From assembly GCA_013239625.1 (NCBI GenBank), contig MU053561.1:2496283-2560282 (forward strand): DNA of 64,000 nucleotides. Direction: 5' to 3'. This document shows positions 52,501-63,605 of the stretch, in pieces (positions within the stretch are counted from its first letter, which is position 1; each line of letters begins with the position of its first letter). The notes beneath the pieces are model-generated. The model ran no database searches. It was not told the origin of the DNA and was given only the letters and a program-made list of their open reading frames with translations. Made by a program: the position numbers and the translations under genes. This stretch comes from Lama guanicoe. Its lineage: Eukaryota.

Positions 52501-55500
52501 CAGCTGCTGCTCTTATTTGTACACATAGCTTACACAGGCATACCTCAGAGATATCACGGGTTTGGTTCCAGACCATGGCAATAAAGTGCATGTCACAATA
52601 CAGCAAGCCACACGAACTTTTTGGTTTCCCAGGACATTATAAAAGATATGCTTACACTACACTATAGTCGTTAAGTGTGCAATAGCATTCATTTCTTTAA
52701 AAAAAAAAACCTTTATTTAAAAATACTTTATTGCTAAAAATGTTAACATCATCTGAGCCTTCAGCAAGTCATAATCTTTTTACTGGTGGAGGGTTTGAAA
52801 TACTTTGAGAATTACTAACATGTGACATGGAGACAAAAAGTGAGCAAACGTTGTTGGAAAAATGGCGCCAGTAGATTTGCTTGACACAGGGTTGCCACAA
52901 ACCCTCAAATTGTAAAAACTGCAATATCTGTGAAATGCAATAAAGCAAAGTGCATTAAAATGAGGGTCTGCCTGAAGTAGAATAGAAAATGAAAGAGACG
53001 ATCTTTTAACTCAAAACACTTAATTATTTCTTTATGTGCCCCTATAAAAGTGTCAGACAGAGAGAGGCTAAATAAAGATGGAGAGGACAGTGGGGAATAC
53101 ATGACCTCAGTTTAAAAAAAAAACAGTGCACTCTCACAGTGGCCAGAAGGCAGAAGGTGGATGGATTTCCTAACTTGTCCTGAGTTGATTCATTACAGGA
53201 GAGTATTACTACTTTTCTCTGAAAAGCATAACGTAATTATAGTTCCATTAAAGTGTTAGTACAAAACCCCCTGAGAGAAGCAAACATGACTTTGGAACCA
53301 GTTAGTGATGGAGTATTTGGCCCCTGTACCCTCATCCTCTGTGCATGTGTATGTGCACACATGTGCTGTTACTCCACACAGGGACACAGGGTCCAGCTGT
53401 AACCATGATCCCTAGAGGCCCCGAGAGCAGAGAGCCACAGATTTTTTCACTATCTAACCAACTGAGAAACGTATTTTGTACACAGCAACTTACATGTGGC
53501 ATTGTCTATGCATAACATATAGGACCTTTAAGGTACTTATACAGTTATCACATTTTAAAAACGGCAGTTGAATTAAGAGAAATTGTATAGAATCTGGAAA
53601 CTCCTGGAATTTCAGAAACGTGGAAAACAACAGCTGCTGTGTGGATAAAATCTGAGTTTGTGACAGATCTTTCTTCAAAAAATAATATATTAACTAATTT
53701 GGATCTACCCTGTAGTTACATTCTCAACATTAACAGAAACACTCACTAGGTTTAAACTAAGTTTTCTAGAGCCTTAGCTTTCTTCATAAAATTGTTTCTA
53801 ATCACAGATTGAGCTAAGCTTATATTAAGAGGGGAAAAAATGATCACTTACAGCTGGCGTATCCAGCAGCAGAAAGGATACCACAGGAAAGTAGTCTGAT
53901 ACTAGTTTTCCAGCAGGTTAATTAAACATGACCAAAGGAATCCCTTCATGGCTGAAAATCTTCCACCCTCCACTGCCTCACAGGATCTAGAAAACAGCAG
54001 ACTAGCAAGGGACACCTGAATACCATTTTTAGAAAGCCAAGTCAAAGCTGTTTTTTTGTCCTTTTCTTCATCTTTCTCCTGATTCTTCTGGGTCAGGATG
54101 AGTGCAATCACAGTCAGGGTTTTTCCTAATCCCATATCATCCGCTGGAAAATAAAAACAAAAATAGGGGAGGTCAAAGGTCTTAGGGCAAAGATGCAGCT
54201 CAGCCCCCAGAGAAGCAGCGCCAGGCAGATGTCAGTGACCCTTGTCCTCTGCTGTCAGCACCATTCCAGTCTCTATTCTGCACCTCCTCTAAGGAAGCCT
54301 TTGTCTTTCTTACTGAAATGAACACTTAGACATTTACTCTGACTTTTAGAAAATGTAAAATTCATTATTTAGACCTTACCTAGTTGCCGTGCTGTGCTGT
54401 TACTTATCTAACACATTCATTGCTATCTACCTCCGTTTGATGCTGCTGCCCCGTCTTTTTCTTTATTACCCGCAAAAGCAAAAAGGGCCAGCAGATATAT
54501 CCTACCACCCACTTTACTACCAGACTTCTAGAGTTAGTGTTAACCCAAGACAGTCCTCCATCCCCTTAACTTACTCATTAAAGAAGGAAATAAACGAGCA
54601 TTTCTTGGGTATCACCATTGTGCCAGTTACTGGGCTTATCTAATTTACTATTTATACCCTATCAAATACTATTATTCTCTTTCTAACAGTTTAAATAATC
54701 ATTCTGATATGAGCAGAAGTAAAATGTCACAGCAAGGGCTCTAGTTCAAATTCGGGCCCTGCCACTGTCCACAGACTTCACACAGCAGCCGACTGCTCTT
54801 CCTTAAAAGGCCAGCTTACCGGGCTGGGCCGTGGCTGGCATGTGGGAACTCAGATTTCAGGAGGGCTCCCCTCATTCCCACAGCTGGTAAGAGGGCTCAC
54901 TGTACCTAAACTGCCGGTACCAATACTACGGTTTACTCTGAACACCTGCATTCCTTCTGGGAGTCTGGAATTTCAGTCCCTGCCAGGCTGAAGCTGCCTG
55001 TGTGACCAGCCCCCACTAAAAACTTTGGGGATCGAATCTCTAACCAGCTTCCCTGGTTGGCAACGCGTCACATGTGTTGCCACAGCTCCCTGCTGGGAGA
55101 ATTAAGTAACCGCTGTGACTCCACTGGGAAAGGCCTCTGGAATCTGCACCTGGCTTCCCCTGGACTTTGCCCCCTGTGTCTTTTTCCTTTGCTGATTGTG
55201 ATTTATAATGAATCAAAATAATTTAATTTATTTTACTGTAATAAATTACAGTCGTGAATATGGCTATATGGTGTGCATCCGAGCAAACCACCCAAACCGG
55301 AGGTGGTCGTGGGGACTCAGACACAGACACCCCCTGGCCATACTGGACGTCTGTCATGTTTTCTGGAAGTTGAGCACCTTGGAAAATTTTAGGCTGACGA
55401 GTCCCCAGAGCAGAGACTGGGAAACGCTTCCTGCCCCACCTGCAGCTAAGGCACCAGCAGAACCACCGGGCTGTACGGACCACAGACACTCACACTGGCC

Positions 55501-58500
55501 TTCCATTCAGATGTGAGCAACGTCAGAGAAGAGGCTCCCTGTGACATGCTTTCTGCAGGAAGTGGGGGAGACGAGTGTCTCACTTTGGGGTGGCAGCGCT
55601 TTCCTCTGCTGCTCCATGGAGCAAAGCAGCTGTGACAGTTCCCACCAGGACACTCTGTTTGTGACTTAGCTTTGGCCATTGCTCCCAGAAGTCTGGCCAC
55701 CAGCCTGGTCCTCCACATCTCCCAGAGATTCCATGGGCCCCCTCCGCCTCATCAGCCAGTCAGCTTCCACTGCCTGCAACCAAGACCCGGCTGATCCCAG
55801 GGCTGTGTACCTTGAGCACGTGACTTAAGCTTCCCGCACCGCCGTTTCCTCATCTGTCAGACGGGGTGTTAGACTATGACCCACAGAGTTGTTGAGGCTC
55901 AAAAGAAGCAGTGCAGCAGAACCTTTGCTGGCTCTTATCCTCACACCAGACTCACCCAGAATTCCTCCTCGTGGCTTCTGACTTTCCCGCCACAGCAACC
56001 AGGCTAATGCTTGCTTCTGGTGCAGCAGCAAAGGGACCTGACAACGGTAACAACCGGAAGTTAGGTATAAATTTGGACGAGAGGCTCTACCGGAGCCTGG
56101 CTACGTGGATTCCACGCCCCACTGTTACTTTCGTAAGTGACCCTCCCAATACTCTTGTTGCCACATAAGTCGCTCTTTTCATCTTGGAAGTCCTGGACTC
56201 CACCCTCTCACCGCGGGTAACCACACGTCCTGGTCTGCCCAGGACAGTTGTCATTTCTGCCAATCATCCAGCATGCCTGTCTAGAGCCGCCCCTCTCCCC
56301 GTCAGGTGAGAGTCCTGGTTTGTCTGCTCAGTCAGCCCAAGTCAGTTCCTACTGCTTGCAGTCAAGAGCTCCGACGGGTCACCCTACTTTCACCGGCGTT
56401 TCCTCATCATCTCCTAACTATGACTCTCCGCTCTGTAGGCAATGTCCCAGTCTGCACTGCTAGTCATAAATGAACAGCCCTTTAACTGGGGTTCCCCCAT
56501 CGCGTCTTTCCTTACTCCAGTTTATCTTGTACTCTGTGACATAAATAACCCTCATAAAACATCCTTGCTCAGAATTCTGCGGTGATTCCATAATATCTCT
56601 TCAGCTTTTCCAATCTAAGTTCCCTGACCAATGCCAGGCCCCACAGTGAGGGACTGCCCCCGCTTAGTTATGCCACGTGCTGCTCCCAGCTCAGGGACTG
56701 ATGTCACTTGATCATCCCTTATTAATACCAACCTCTGTATCTTCCCTCCGACCTCCACCCCCTCTAACTGGAGTGTTTGGTTTCTATCTTCTCTATCTTT
56801 AAGCTTCCATTTTCTTTAAGGCACAAATGATTGTTGACTTAAGAGTATTTTTCCCTTTATTTCAAATCCCTTTTGTACTTTGTCTGCAGTCCGTAGCACG
56901 TGATACCACACATTCTCTGTCTGTCAAGAAGTCATTTTCTAACTGTCTTACCAATGTTTCTTGTACACACACTTTCACCCCCACTAGTTCACGAAGAACA
57001 GCAATTCCTTTGCACCCGTGGGGCACCTTTCAAGGCTCTCAGCAAATGGATCTGTTACTGCTCTGGACATAAGTAACTTTACAACCTCAAGAAAAAGCAA
57101 ATTGTTTACTATATACAAAAAAGATAAACAACAAGGTCCTACTGTAGAGCACAGGGAACTCTATTCACTATCTTGTAATAACCTATAATGAAAAAGAATA
57201 TGAAAAGGAATATAAATGCGAATTACTATGCTGTATACCAGAAAGTAATGCAACACTGCAAATCAACTATACTTCAATTAAAAAAAAAAGTGTTGTTTTT
57301 TCTTCTCACTGCTAAGCAGAGAAAAAGAAGATACCGTGAGGGAAGCCAATCCATGTCATCTGTAGAAAGGGTACATCACAGCGACACTCTAGTGGGTGCG
57401 TTCACAGCAGTTGGTCCCCCTCCTCGTGGGCGCTGGGACTCTGCTACCGGACCCTCTGCCTGGGGGCCTTCCTGGCTCACCTTCAACCCAGCTGGATCCT
57501 CTGCCACCACTGTCTCCCCAGGACGCGACTCAAGCGACCGATGCAGCTCATCAATGGCCTCGCTTGTGATCTTCCATACCGCATGGAGGCGATCTTGGTT
57601 CATAGGGCCTGCATACAAATAGAGGTTACCTAAAGGTGTTGCAAGGATTACGTTCTGGCCAGCGCTGCAAAAAGGCAATTCATTATTTGCCAAGTGATGC
57701 ACCTGTATGGTCTAAAAATTCTTGTCTCCGGATTCTCCTAGACTCACAGACTCCTTTATCCCAACTGTCTATTTGTCTGTCTGTTTTTTTTTTTTCAAAT
57801 CACATTAACAAGAGCTCTAGTAAAGGATACAACATTAGAAAATATAAGTTAAAAAAAATAAGATAACTCCTAATATTTTTGGTATTTCCTTTTCAGTTTT
57901 GAAGAGGTGGCAGAGACCAAGATAATGCCATCAGAATTTTAGGAAGAAAAGATCCCTGAAGTTGGATGCAAAGCAGAAAAGCCAGCAATAGAAGAGCCAG
58001 AAGTCTGCTGAGGTCTAGGCAGACGGGGGGACACGACCCCGAAGCGCACGCCCCGAGCTGCCTGTGCTGTACCACTCACCCTCCCCTGCACAGAGCGCTT
58101 TTCCTGAAGTCACTTCATAAACACAAGCACCTCAGCTGGCTGCAAGTTTAAGAATGAAGTATCCAAGAGGTTTCTATACAAACAAAAATGAACCACTTAA
58201 ATATTAAAATGTTTTTAAATGAAAAGCTGTTTTAATGGAATTCTTTCCAAAACATGCTACATACCATCTGACCTTAATAATCTATTATAATTTAATTTTC
58301 CTCTAGGTGACTGGATCACCATGGTGATTACTGAATGAGGCTGTGACACAGCAATGTTCTCCAAATAGTCCTGAGCGGCCACTGCTGTGCCCCTGGGCCA
58401 GGTAGAGGGCCCTTCGCTTCACCTGGCGCCATGTCTATTCCTCACCCCTTTGCTGACCACTGCTCTTCAACCATCTCCCCTCCCTTCCTTCTCTGCACTT

Positions 58501-61500
58501 TCTTTCCTTTTCCCTCTCTATGTCTCAAGCAGCACTTGGGAGAAAAATGGCTGCAGCCTTTCTAGTCACTGCGGCCAGCCCACCCGAGCTCCCGTCTCCT
58601 CATCGGCAAACCAAACGGTCATATGATGTATCTGAGGCTCTACTTGGGATCTTCATTCTGCGGTTATTTCTGAATTCATTGTTTTCTGTGGAGTTGAGAT
58701 GAAAACACTCATTTAAATAGAATGTTACTAATCCCCAACTCCTAACTTATCCCTCCCGGCTCTTTCCCCTTTGGTAACCATAAATTTGTTTTCTATGTCT
58801 GTGACTCTGTTTCTGTTTTGTAGATAAGTTCATTTATACCACTTTTCAGATTCCACATATAAGTGATACCATGTGCTGTTTGTCTTTCTCTGTCTGACTT
58901 ACTCCACTTAGTATGATCATCATCTCTAGGTCCACCCATGTTGCTGAAAATGGCATGATTTCATTCTTTTTATGGCTGAGTAATATTTCATTGTGTGTTT
59001 TTACATATATATATATAAATAACTGAATCACTATGCTGTAAAGCAGAAAGTAACACAGCATTGTATATCAACTGTATTTCAATTAAAAAACCCCAATAAA
59101 TAAATAAATAGGACTTCACAGCTCTCTGTGAGTCTACTGGGCATCAGGTTCATTCACATACTCCTCACTCTGCCTCAGCGCACACAAACACACACAAACA
59201 CACACACACACACACACAGAACACAAACATGTCGGCTGGTCTGCCTACCTCATCACAATATGAGTTCCAGTTTTCACTTACAAATATTTACTGGATGACT
59301 CCTGTGCACCAGCCAGCGGGCTGAATGACCAGGGACCATGAACAAGGTCAGAGAACACGGCAGATATGGTCTCTGCCCTCACAGAGATCTAAATGACGCT
59401 GCGTAAGAACTCGGCTGAGCATCACGAGCTCTCTGACACGGCAGCTCAGGACGGCTTCTCCCTGCGCACGGGCACAAAAGCGCCTACGAGGCAGCATTTA
59501 ACTCGTAGGCAGAGCTGTTTTCACCGGGGCCAGCACCTTGGGTCTCACCTCCACCGCACTGACCAGATCCTCCAGCAGCTTCCTGGCGGGCAGCCTTTAG
59601 TCCTAGAGGACCCAGCTGGAGATCTTGGCCCTGCAGGGGCTGGGGAGGCACCAAGTGGGGAGGGTCAGTGGTCGTTTTGGTGAAGTTACTCTGTTGTGGC
59701 ACCTGGGTGTTACTCATCTCGTTAGGGCCTGCTCAAAAAACAAGGGGAGAAGAGATTAAATTTCTGAAAAGTGAAGGAATTCTATGCGTGAGGGAGGTGA
59801 GGTCGAGAGAGGGTGGGGTCCCTATTCCAATGAGCAGGGGAAGGCTCTTCCTGGAGAGCGTAGCATTTAAACTGTTTCTGAAACAATGAGAAAAAGAGTT
59901 GAGTCCACAGGAAATGGGAGAAAGTTTTTATAAATCACAGGTATAACTTATAAGAAAGCTCAGAAACACATAGTAAAATGGAAAAGGTGAATGAGTCCAC
60001 ATATCCTTTATTGAAATGGCTTCTCAAATGTCTCATGAAGCTCACGCAAACCCCAGGTTCTGGGGCAGATCCCCTTTTACCTTGCTCTGGGGAGAGGGCC
60101 AGGGCACTGAGTGCATCCTCCAAGTCCTGAATTTGCTTGAACAACTTCTGACCCTTGTCTGGAAGAGCCTGGATGTTCACCGACGCCAGCGTGCTCTGGA
60201 AAACAGATCCTATAAAGTGGACGGCTCCTCTCAAGTTGTTAGAAAGACAGTTTCAGGTCAGATTAAAACAGCCTAAAATGCTAGAACTCTAAAATCACGG
60301 TCTTTTAACCATATGTATGAAAACCAGAATCTTTTTTTCTTTTTTAAACGCAGCTCTCTTACCAATCCTGAAAATATAAACATAGAAAAAGGCGGAAACC
60401 AGACATCCACCTATAAAACCTTTCTCACGTTAATACATCTGGCGTGTCTGTGATGTCCCTTAATCTGCTTACAGCAAGCAACGTGCTGACCTTACAAACA
60501 AGACATAGATCAGCGGGAGTTACCTTCTTCTGTTTCAGTTGTGTGGTGAGGTACACACGTTGGGCCGCTGGGTCTGAAGGTTCTCCCTTCTTGGAAACAC
60601 CCAGGACAGTGTTTCTCTGCACGCTTTGACCAGGGAATTCAAGATTCTCCTTCCTCTGCGAGTCTGGAGTCAGGTCAAAGAGCAAGGGGCTCCCCGGCTT
60701 AGAGGACACGGAAACAGCGTCATCTTCCTCGCTGTCACTGCTAGTGTCAGCATCTGGCCTCTCCCCCCGGGGACGCCCTGCGGCCGGTGGTGCAGGCTGA
60801 GGGGCTGGTTCCTTCGGAGCAGACACATCGCGCGTCTCCGACGGCGCCGGACAATGGCCCTGGGGCGGCCTCCTCTGGAGGGTCTGCGCGCTTGGGTCGT
60901 CCTTCGCCCTTGTTTCTCTAGCCTCCCAGCTCTTGGGGTGCTCTTTGCTGAGTTGTTCCCCAAGCAGGGGCTGGCTTACTGGGTCGTGATGGTGAACAAT
61001 TCGAGGCCTGGCTTCCTTTTCCCTCAGAGGTTCTGATTCTTTTTGGGCGTAATGACTCTCCCCATCTGACTCCAGAGGAGACACAGACGGCTTTCTCAGC
61101 TCACTCCCATGGACCTGTCTGGACTGAATTTCCAAAAGGTTTCTTTTGTGGGTCCCTTCAGTCTCCTTTGCTTCACCCCGAAACACCGTTTTCTCCCCTT
61201 GCGGCTTCTCCTGAACTACAGATTGCTTTTCCTTTACCACCAGGCCAGATGAGAGATCTTTCTCCCTCCAGCAGTTAGATTCAGGCTTCCGTTCCTTCTT
61301 TGGATCCAAGAGCGGATCTCCCTTTTCCTGTTGTTTCCGATCAGCTGTCTTTTCCTCACCTTCACCTTGGGTGAACTGTTTCCAGAGGGACGGTTCTTGA
61401 TTCTTGTCAAGCACCTTGAACGGGTTTCTCTGCTGGCTGGAAGGATACAGTGGCTCTGATGCATGCTGAGACTCAGTGGTCACAGAATATTTTTTGGTTA

Positions 61501-62620
61501 CAGAATGTTCTTTGGAATTAGGATCCTACAAGACAAAGGAACTAATGTGAATATAAGGCATTGATGCAACCTTCACATCTAGAATGCCTTTTTTCAGAGG
61601 AAACGGAAGCAGAGTAAAAGCAGTCCAATTTTCCTGAACGTCCCTGGGATCACCTCTCCCTGCAGAGAGGGCTATGTGCCAAGCTCACCAAATATTAGCT
61701 TCTTAACAGCACTTGAAATGCTTGGCTCCTTCTCTGTCCGTGATCACTGCTTTTCCTGGCCTCAAGGAAAAGTAGTGGCCAAATCAAAGTGTGTTTTATA
61801 ATAGCAACAGCCACAATGTGTACTTTTCATGAAAATCTATTCTCTCAAGATGAACTTCCCCCCAAACCCAAACACTATCCTGCGCTTGCCTGGATGTTGG
61901 CTTTAGGAAGGCTTCACATGGGAATCTAGAATCCGAAGTTCAAGCTATCCCTTCACCAAAACAAGTCTCATGACCTCCCTCGGTCTGGATATCTGTAGGG
62001 TCTCTCCTAGTTCTCAAGTTCTGGAAGCTTATGAATTATACTCCGCTTATACCAACATCAAGCAGATTATCAGTCTATGACAAGATGCTAAAGTTAGTCA
62101 AGTAAATTTAAATTTTTCCCTAAATAGGAGATACTGACTATATTTAAGATCTCAAAAAACATTAAGTGAAACAGGAGGCAAACAATTAATTCTCGAAGGT
62201 AACCAAATAGTCCTTTGAATTAAAAGTCCCAACAGGGTCTGCCTTGCTTAAAGAAAAGAACAGTTGTGGGGGGGAGGGTACAGCTCAGTGGTAGAGCATG
62301 TGCTTAGCATGCACGAGGTCCTAGGTTCAATCCCCAGTGCCTCCTTTAAATAAATAAATATATAAGCAAACAAACAAACAAACCTAGTTACCTCCCCCAT
62401 CCACCCCCCCCCAAAAAAAAAAAAGAAAGAAAAGAACTGTCTTTCAGAGACAGTACGATGAAGACCAACCAGTTTATACCGGATGTCAGGCTAACTTCTG
62501 GGGACACCGCAGGTTAAGCAGAGTCAGGTTTGAAAACAGACGAGCAACCCTACCTGCCATGGGAGGCTTCCACACCACCGCTTCCCCTCGGCCTTACTTC
62601 TGACGCACCGGAAGAACAAT
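34428..62620 (-). CDS. TTF2: Transcription termination factor 2 (SNF2/Lodestar-family ATPase), 5'-partial: 20 coding exons
   Basis: 20 GT-AG exons totalling 3280 nt in one frame. Motifs DDMGLGKT (I), VLDEAH (II), TGTPIQN (III), [27 protein letters not shown] (V), [11 protein letters not shown] (VI). Ends [10 protein letters not shown]. Confidence 0.97.
35225..35718 (+). mobile_element. LINE-1 3' end (artiodactyl-type) inserted in a minus-strand L2 remnant (about 35005-36720)
   Basis: acctaaatgtccatc...ggataaagaagatgtgg...actgaatcactgtgctgtacaccagaaactaacacaacattgtaaatcaactatact plus A tail. Flanks are L2-like. Confidence 0.88.
37149..37297 (+). mobile_element. tRNA-derived camelid-type SINE
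   Basis: cagtggtagactgcatgcctagcatgcatgaggtcttgggtttaattcccag; taattacctccccc tail. TSD aagaatttggg/aagaatctggg. Confidence 0.88.
37658..37732 (-). CDS. TTF2: TTF2 exon 22 (helicase motif VI)
   Basis: cttcacag|[27 protein letters not shown]|gtaagc. Confidence 0.95.
37776..37969. mobile_element. MER58-like hAT-Charlie MITE
   Basis: cagggggtgggcaaa...gggccaaatccagcc...gagctaaaaatggtt...gcaaagcctaaaatattt...gaaaaagtttgcagatctctg. Confidence 0.75.
39113..39195 (-). CDS. TTF2: TTF2 exon 21 (helicase motif V)
   Basis: ttttgaag|[32 protein letters not shown]|gtaaca. Confidence 0.95.
39595..39747. repeat. 59-bp direct repeat (1 mismatch) separated by 35 bp
   Basis: tccctcct(a/g)tcaaaatcccacctatccttccaggcttgcctcctccacaaagattccct at 39595-39653 and 39689-39747. 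Confidence 0.9.
39967..40117 (-). CDS. TTF2: TTF2 exon 20
   Basis: cctccag|[54 protein letters not shown]|gtacga. Confidence 0.95.
40968..41026 (-). CDS. TTF2: TTF2 exon 19
   Basis: ttcccag|[24 protein letters not shown]|gtaaat. Confidence 0.93.
43949..44119 (-). CDS. TTF2: TTF2 exon 18
   Basis: gcccag|[28 protein letters not shown]...[12 protein letters not shown]|gtactg. Confidence 0.94.
45087..45220 (-). CDS. TTF2: TTF2 exon 17
   Basis: ctcggcag|[11 protein letters not shown]...[25 protein letters not shown]|gtaagt. Confidence 0.94.
45535..45650 (+). mobile_element. tRNA-derived camelid-type SINE (short-tail form)
   Basis: atagctcagtggcagagcgcatgctcagcatgcacgaggtcctagtttcaatccc. Perfect 15-bp TSD aagaattcacgaccc (45520-45534/45651-45665). 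Confidence 0.9.
45740..45822 (-). CDS. TTF2: TTF2 exon 16
   Basis: ggggcag|[29 protein letters not shown]|gtgagc. Confidence 0.93.
46644..46735 (-). CDS. TTF2: TTF2 exon 15
   Basis: cccccag|[35 protein letters not shown]|gtgtgt. Confidence 0.94.
47062..47215 (-). CDS. TTF2: TTF2 exon 14
   Basis: aaatag|[55 protein letters not shown]|gtaatc. Confidence 0.95.
47932..48113 (-). CDS. TTF2: TTF2 exon 13 (DEAH box, motif III)
   Basis: cttccag|[28 protein letters not shown]...[18 protein letters not shown]|gtaagt. Confidence 0.96.
48668..48950 (+). mobile_element. LINE-1 3' UTR fragment
   Basis: tatggttaccaaagg...gggataaattaggagtttgagat...taactgaatcgctttgctg...attgtaaatcaactacacttcaa plus A tail. 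Confidence 0.85.
50072..50177 (-). CDS. TTF2: TTF2 exon 12
   Basis: ctacgcag|[39 protein letters not shown]|gtgagg. Confidence 0.95.
50721..50945 (-). mobile_element. LINE-1 3' UTR fragment
   Basis: T-run then ttcaagtatagttgat...acagtgattcacaatttttaaag...tattccctgtg. ctacactc repeated on both flanks. Confidence 0.8.
51059..51178 (+). mobile_element. tRNA-derived camelid-type SINE
   Basis: agagctcagtggtagagtgcgtgctgagcatgcacaggatcctgggttcaatcccc. TSD aaaatgacatgc/aaaatgatatgc. Confidence 0.88.
51967..51985 (-). promoter_or_regulatory. Candidate CTCF core motif
   Basis: Minus strand agtCCGCCAGGGGGCAGca. Motif match only. Confidence 0.55.
52235..52385 (-). CDS. TTF2: TTF2 exon 11 (motif Ia)
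   Basis: ctcccaag|[53 protein letters not shown]|gtaagt. Confidence 0.95.
52535..52974 (+). mobile_element. Tigger1-derived non-autonomous TcMar element (Tigger1a-like)
   Basis: TIRs caggcatacctc ... gagggtctgcctg. Internal ggttccagacc, gacacagggttgccacaaacc, gcaataaagcaaagtgc. Confidence 0.85.
54024..54143 (-). CDS. TTF2: TTF2 exon 10 (Walker A)
   Basis: tttccag|[42 protein letters not shown]|gtattc. Confidence 0.96.
54766..55325 (+). mobile_element. ERVL solo LTR (MER68-like)
   Basis: TG...CA ends, 5-bp TSD gccac/gacac. Diagnostic tgaacacctgcattccttctgggagtctggaattt and gtgaccagcccccactaaaaac. Confidence 0.8.
55956..56037 (-). CDS. TTF2: TTF2 exon 9
   Basis: tgtcag|[31 protein letters not shown]|gtgagt. 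Confidence 0.95.
57108..57289 (+). mobile_element. LINE-1 3' UTR fragment
   Basis: gataaacaacaaggtcctactgtagagcacagggaac...aaatcaactatacttcaattaaaaaaaaaa. Confidence 0.85.
57481..57608 (-). CDS. TTF2: TTF2 exon 8
   Basis: tatgcag|[47 protein letters not shown]|gtgagc. Confidence 0.94.
58723..59104 (+). mobile_element. LINE-1 3' insertion with 5' inversion
   Basis: 58723-58997 is L1 ORF2-end/3' UTR in minus orientation. About 59005-59104 is the L1 terminal 3' UTR plus A tail in plus orientation. Short TSD taaatag(a/g)a. Confidence 0.8.
59180..59228. repeat. (CA)n microsatellite, imperfect
   Basis: cacacaaacacacacaaacacacacacacacacacacag. Confidence 0.85.
59549..59728 (-). CDS. TTF2: TTF2 exon 7
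   Basis: ttgagcag|[33 protein letters not shown]...GSGQCGG; G|gtgaga. Confidence 0.9.
60081..60195 (-). CDS. TTF2: TTF2 exon 6
   Basis: tttccag|[42 protein letters not shown]|gtaaaa. Confidence 0.95.
60524..61525 (-). CDS. TTF2: TTF2 exon 5 (1002 nt, charged low-complexity linker)
   Basis: cttgtag|[11 protein letters not shown]...[13 protein letters not shown]...[15 protein letters not shown]|gtaact. Confidence 0.94.
62268..62425 (+). mobile_element. tRNA-derived camelid-type SINE
   Basis: ggggagggtacagctcagtggtagagcatgtgcttagcatgcacgaggtcctaggttcaatcccc; aaacctagttacctccccc tail. TSD aaagaaaagaac. Confidence 0.9.
62554..62620 (-). CDS. TTF2: TTF2 exon 4 (end of N-terminal zinc-finger region)
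   Basis: ctcattag|[26 protein letters not shown]|gtaggg. Confidence 0.92.
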
Positions 62621-63059
62621 CTAATGAGGCAAAACACACAAAAAACCAAGGTTGTGAAAATCCATTAAAACCAGAGATGTATTTGTTTTCAGTCCAAGAA
62701 AACATCTTACAACCGTCTGATACTGGTTTTGAAAGGTCGCCTGAAACCAATGACTCTCGGATGTAGTAATTCTTTACTGCACACACAGCACAGGATATTT
62801 ATGAGGGCTGAGAAGTGAGAGAATACAGATGTCACGGTAACCAGAGGGCATGCATAGATTTACTCTTTTAACTCAACTGAAATGGAAACACTGATCAGCA
62901 AAGGCTCCTCAAATCAGAAAAAAGGAGATAACCAGACATGATGTGTCCCTAATGGGGAGCCATAATATAATCTATGAAGTAAAAAAAATAAAAACAAACA
63001 AAAAAACCAAATAAGCCAAATCAAAACAAACAAGAACTAACCCGACTCTGGTCAAACCT

Positions 63060-63605
63060 CTGGATCCAATTACCAATTCACCGGAAATAAAAACAACAGA
63101 GGAACACATAAAACTAGACCATGGGGATATAGTCTGTAAAGTCTTCAGAGTGGGAAATGCAATAAGACAACACCTTGACTCCTTTAACAAGGAAATCACA
63201 AGAGAGAAAAAAAGATTGGTGGCAGGGACCTACTTAAGAGACTTAAAAGACATATCAATCAACAGCAATTTGTGGGCCTTATTTGGATCGTGACTTAAGC
63301 AAAATAACAAAAGCTACAAGAAAATAAACTATTTATAACATTTATGAATCAACCAGAAGTCTGTACACAATTGGTTAAAAAAAGAGAGTCCATACCTTTT
63401 AGAGCAACAAACTGAAATATTTACTGGAGAATGACACTATCTGGGATCTGTTTCAAAATACGGCAGGAGTTGGGCGGTGGAGTGGGTAGGGTATATATGG
63501 AACAAGATTAGCCACGAGTTGGTGACTGTTGAAGCTCATGTGCTGCATTATTCTATCCTGTCTACTTTTGTATATATTTCCAATGTTCCATTAAAACAAA
63601 AAAAG
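63060..63605 (+). mobile_element. Ancient L1M (MC/ME-type) 3' UTR remnant
   Basis: agagacttaaaagacatatcaatcaa, ccttatttggatc, actgaaatatttac, attagccacgagttggtgactgttgaagct. Confidence 0.65.
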
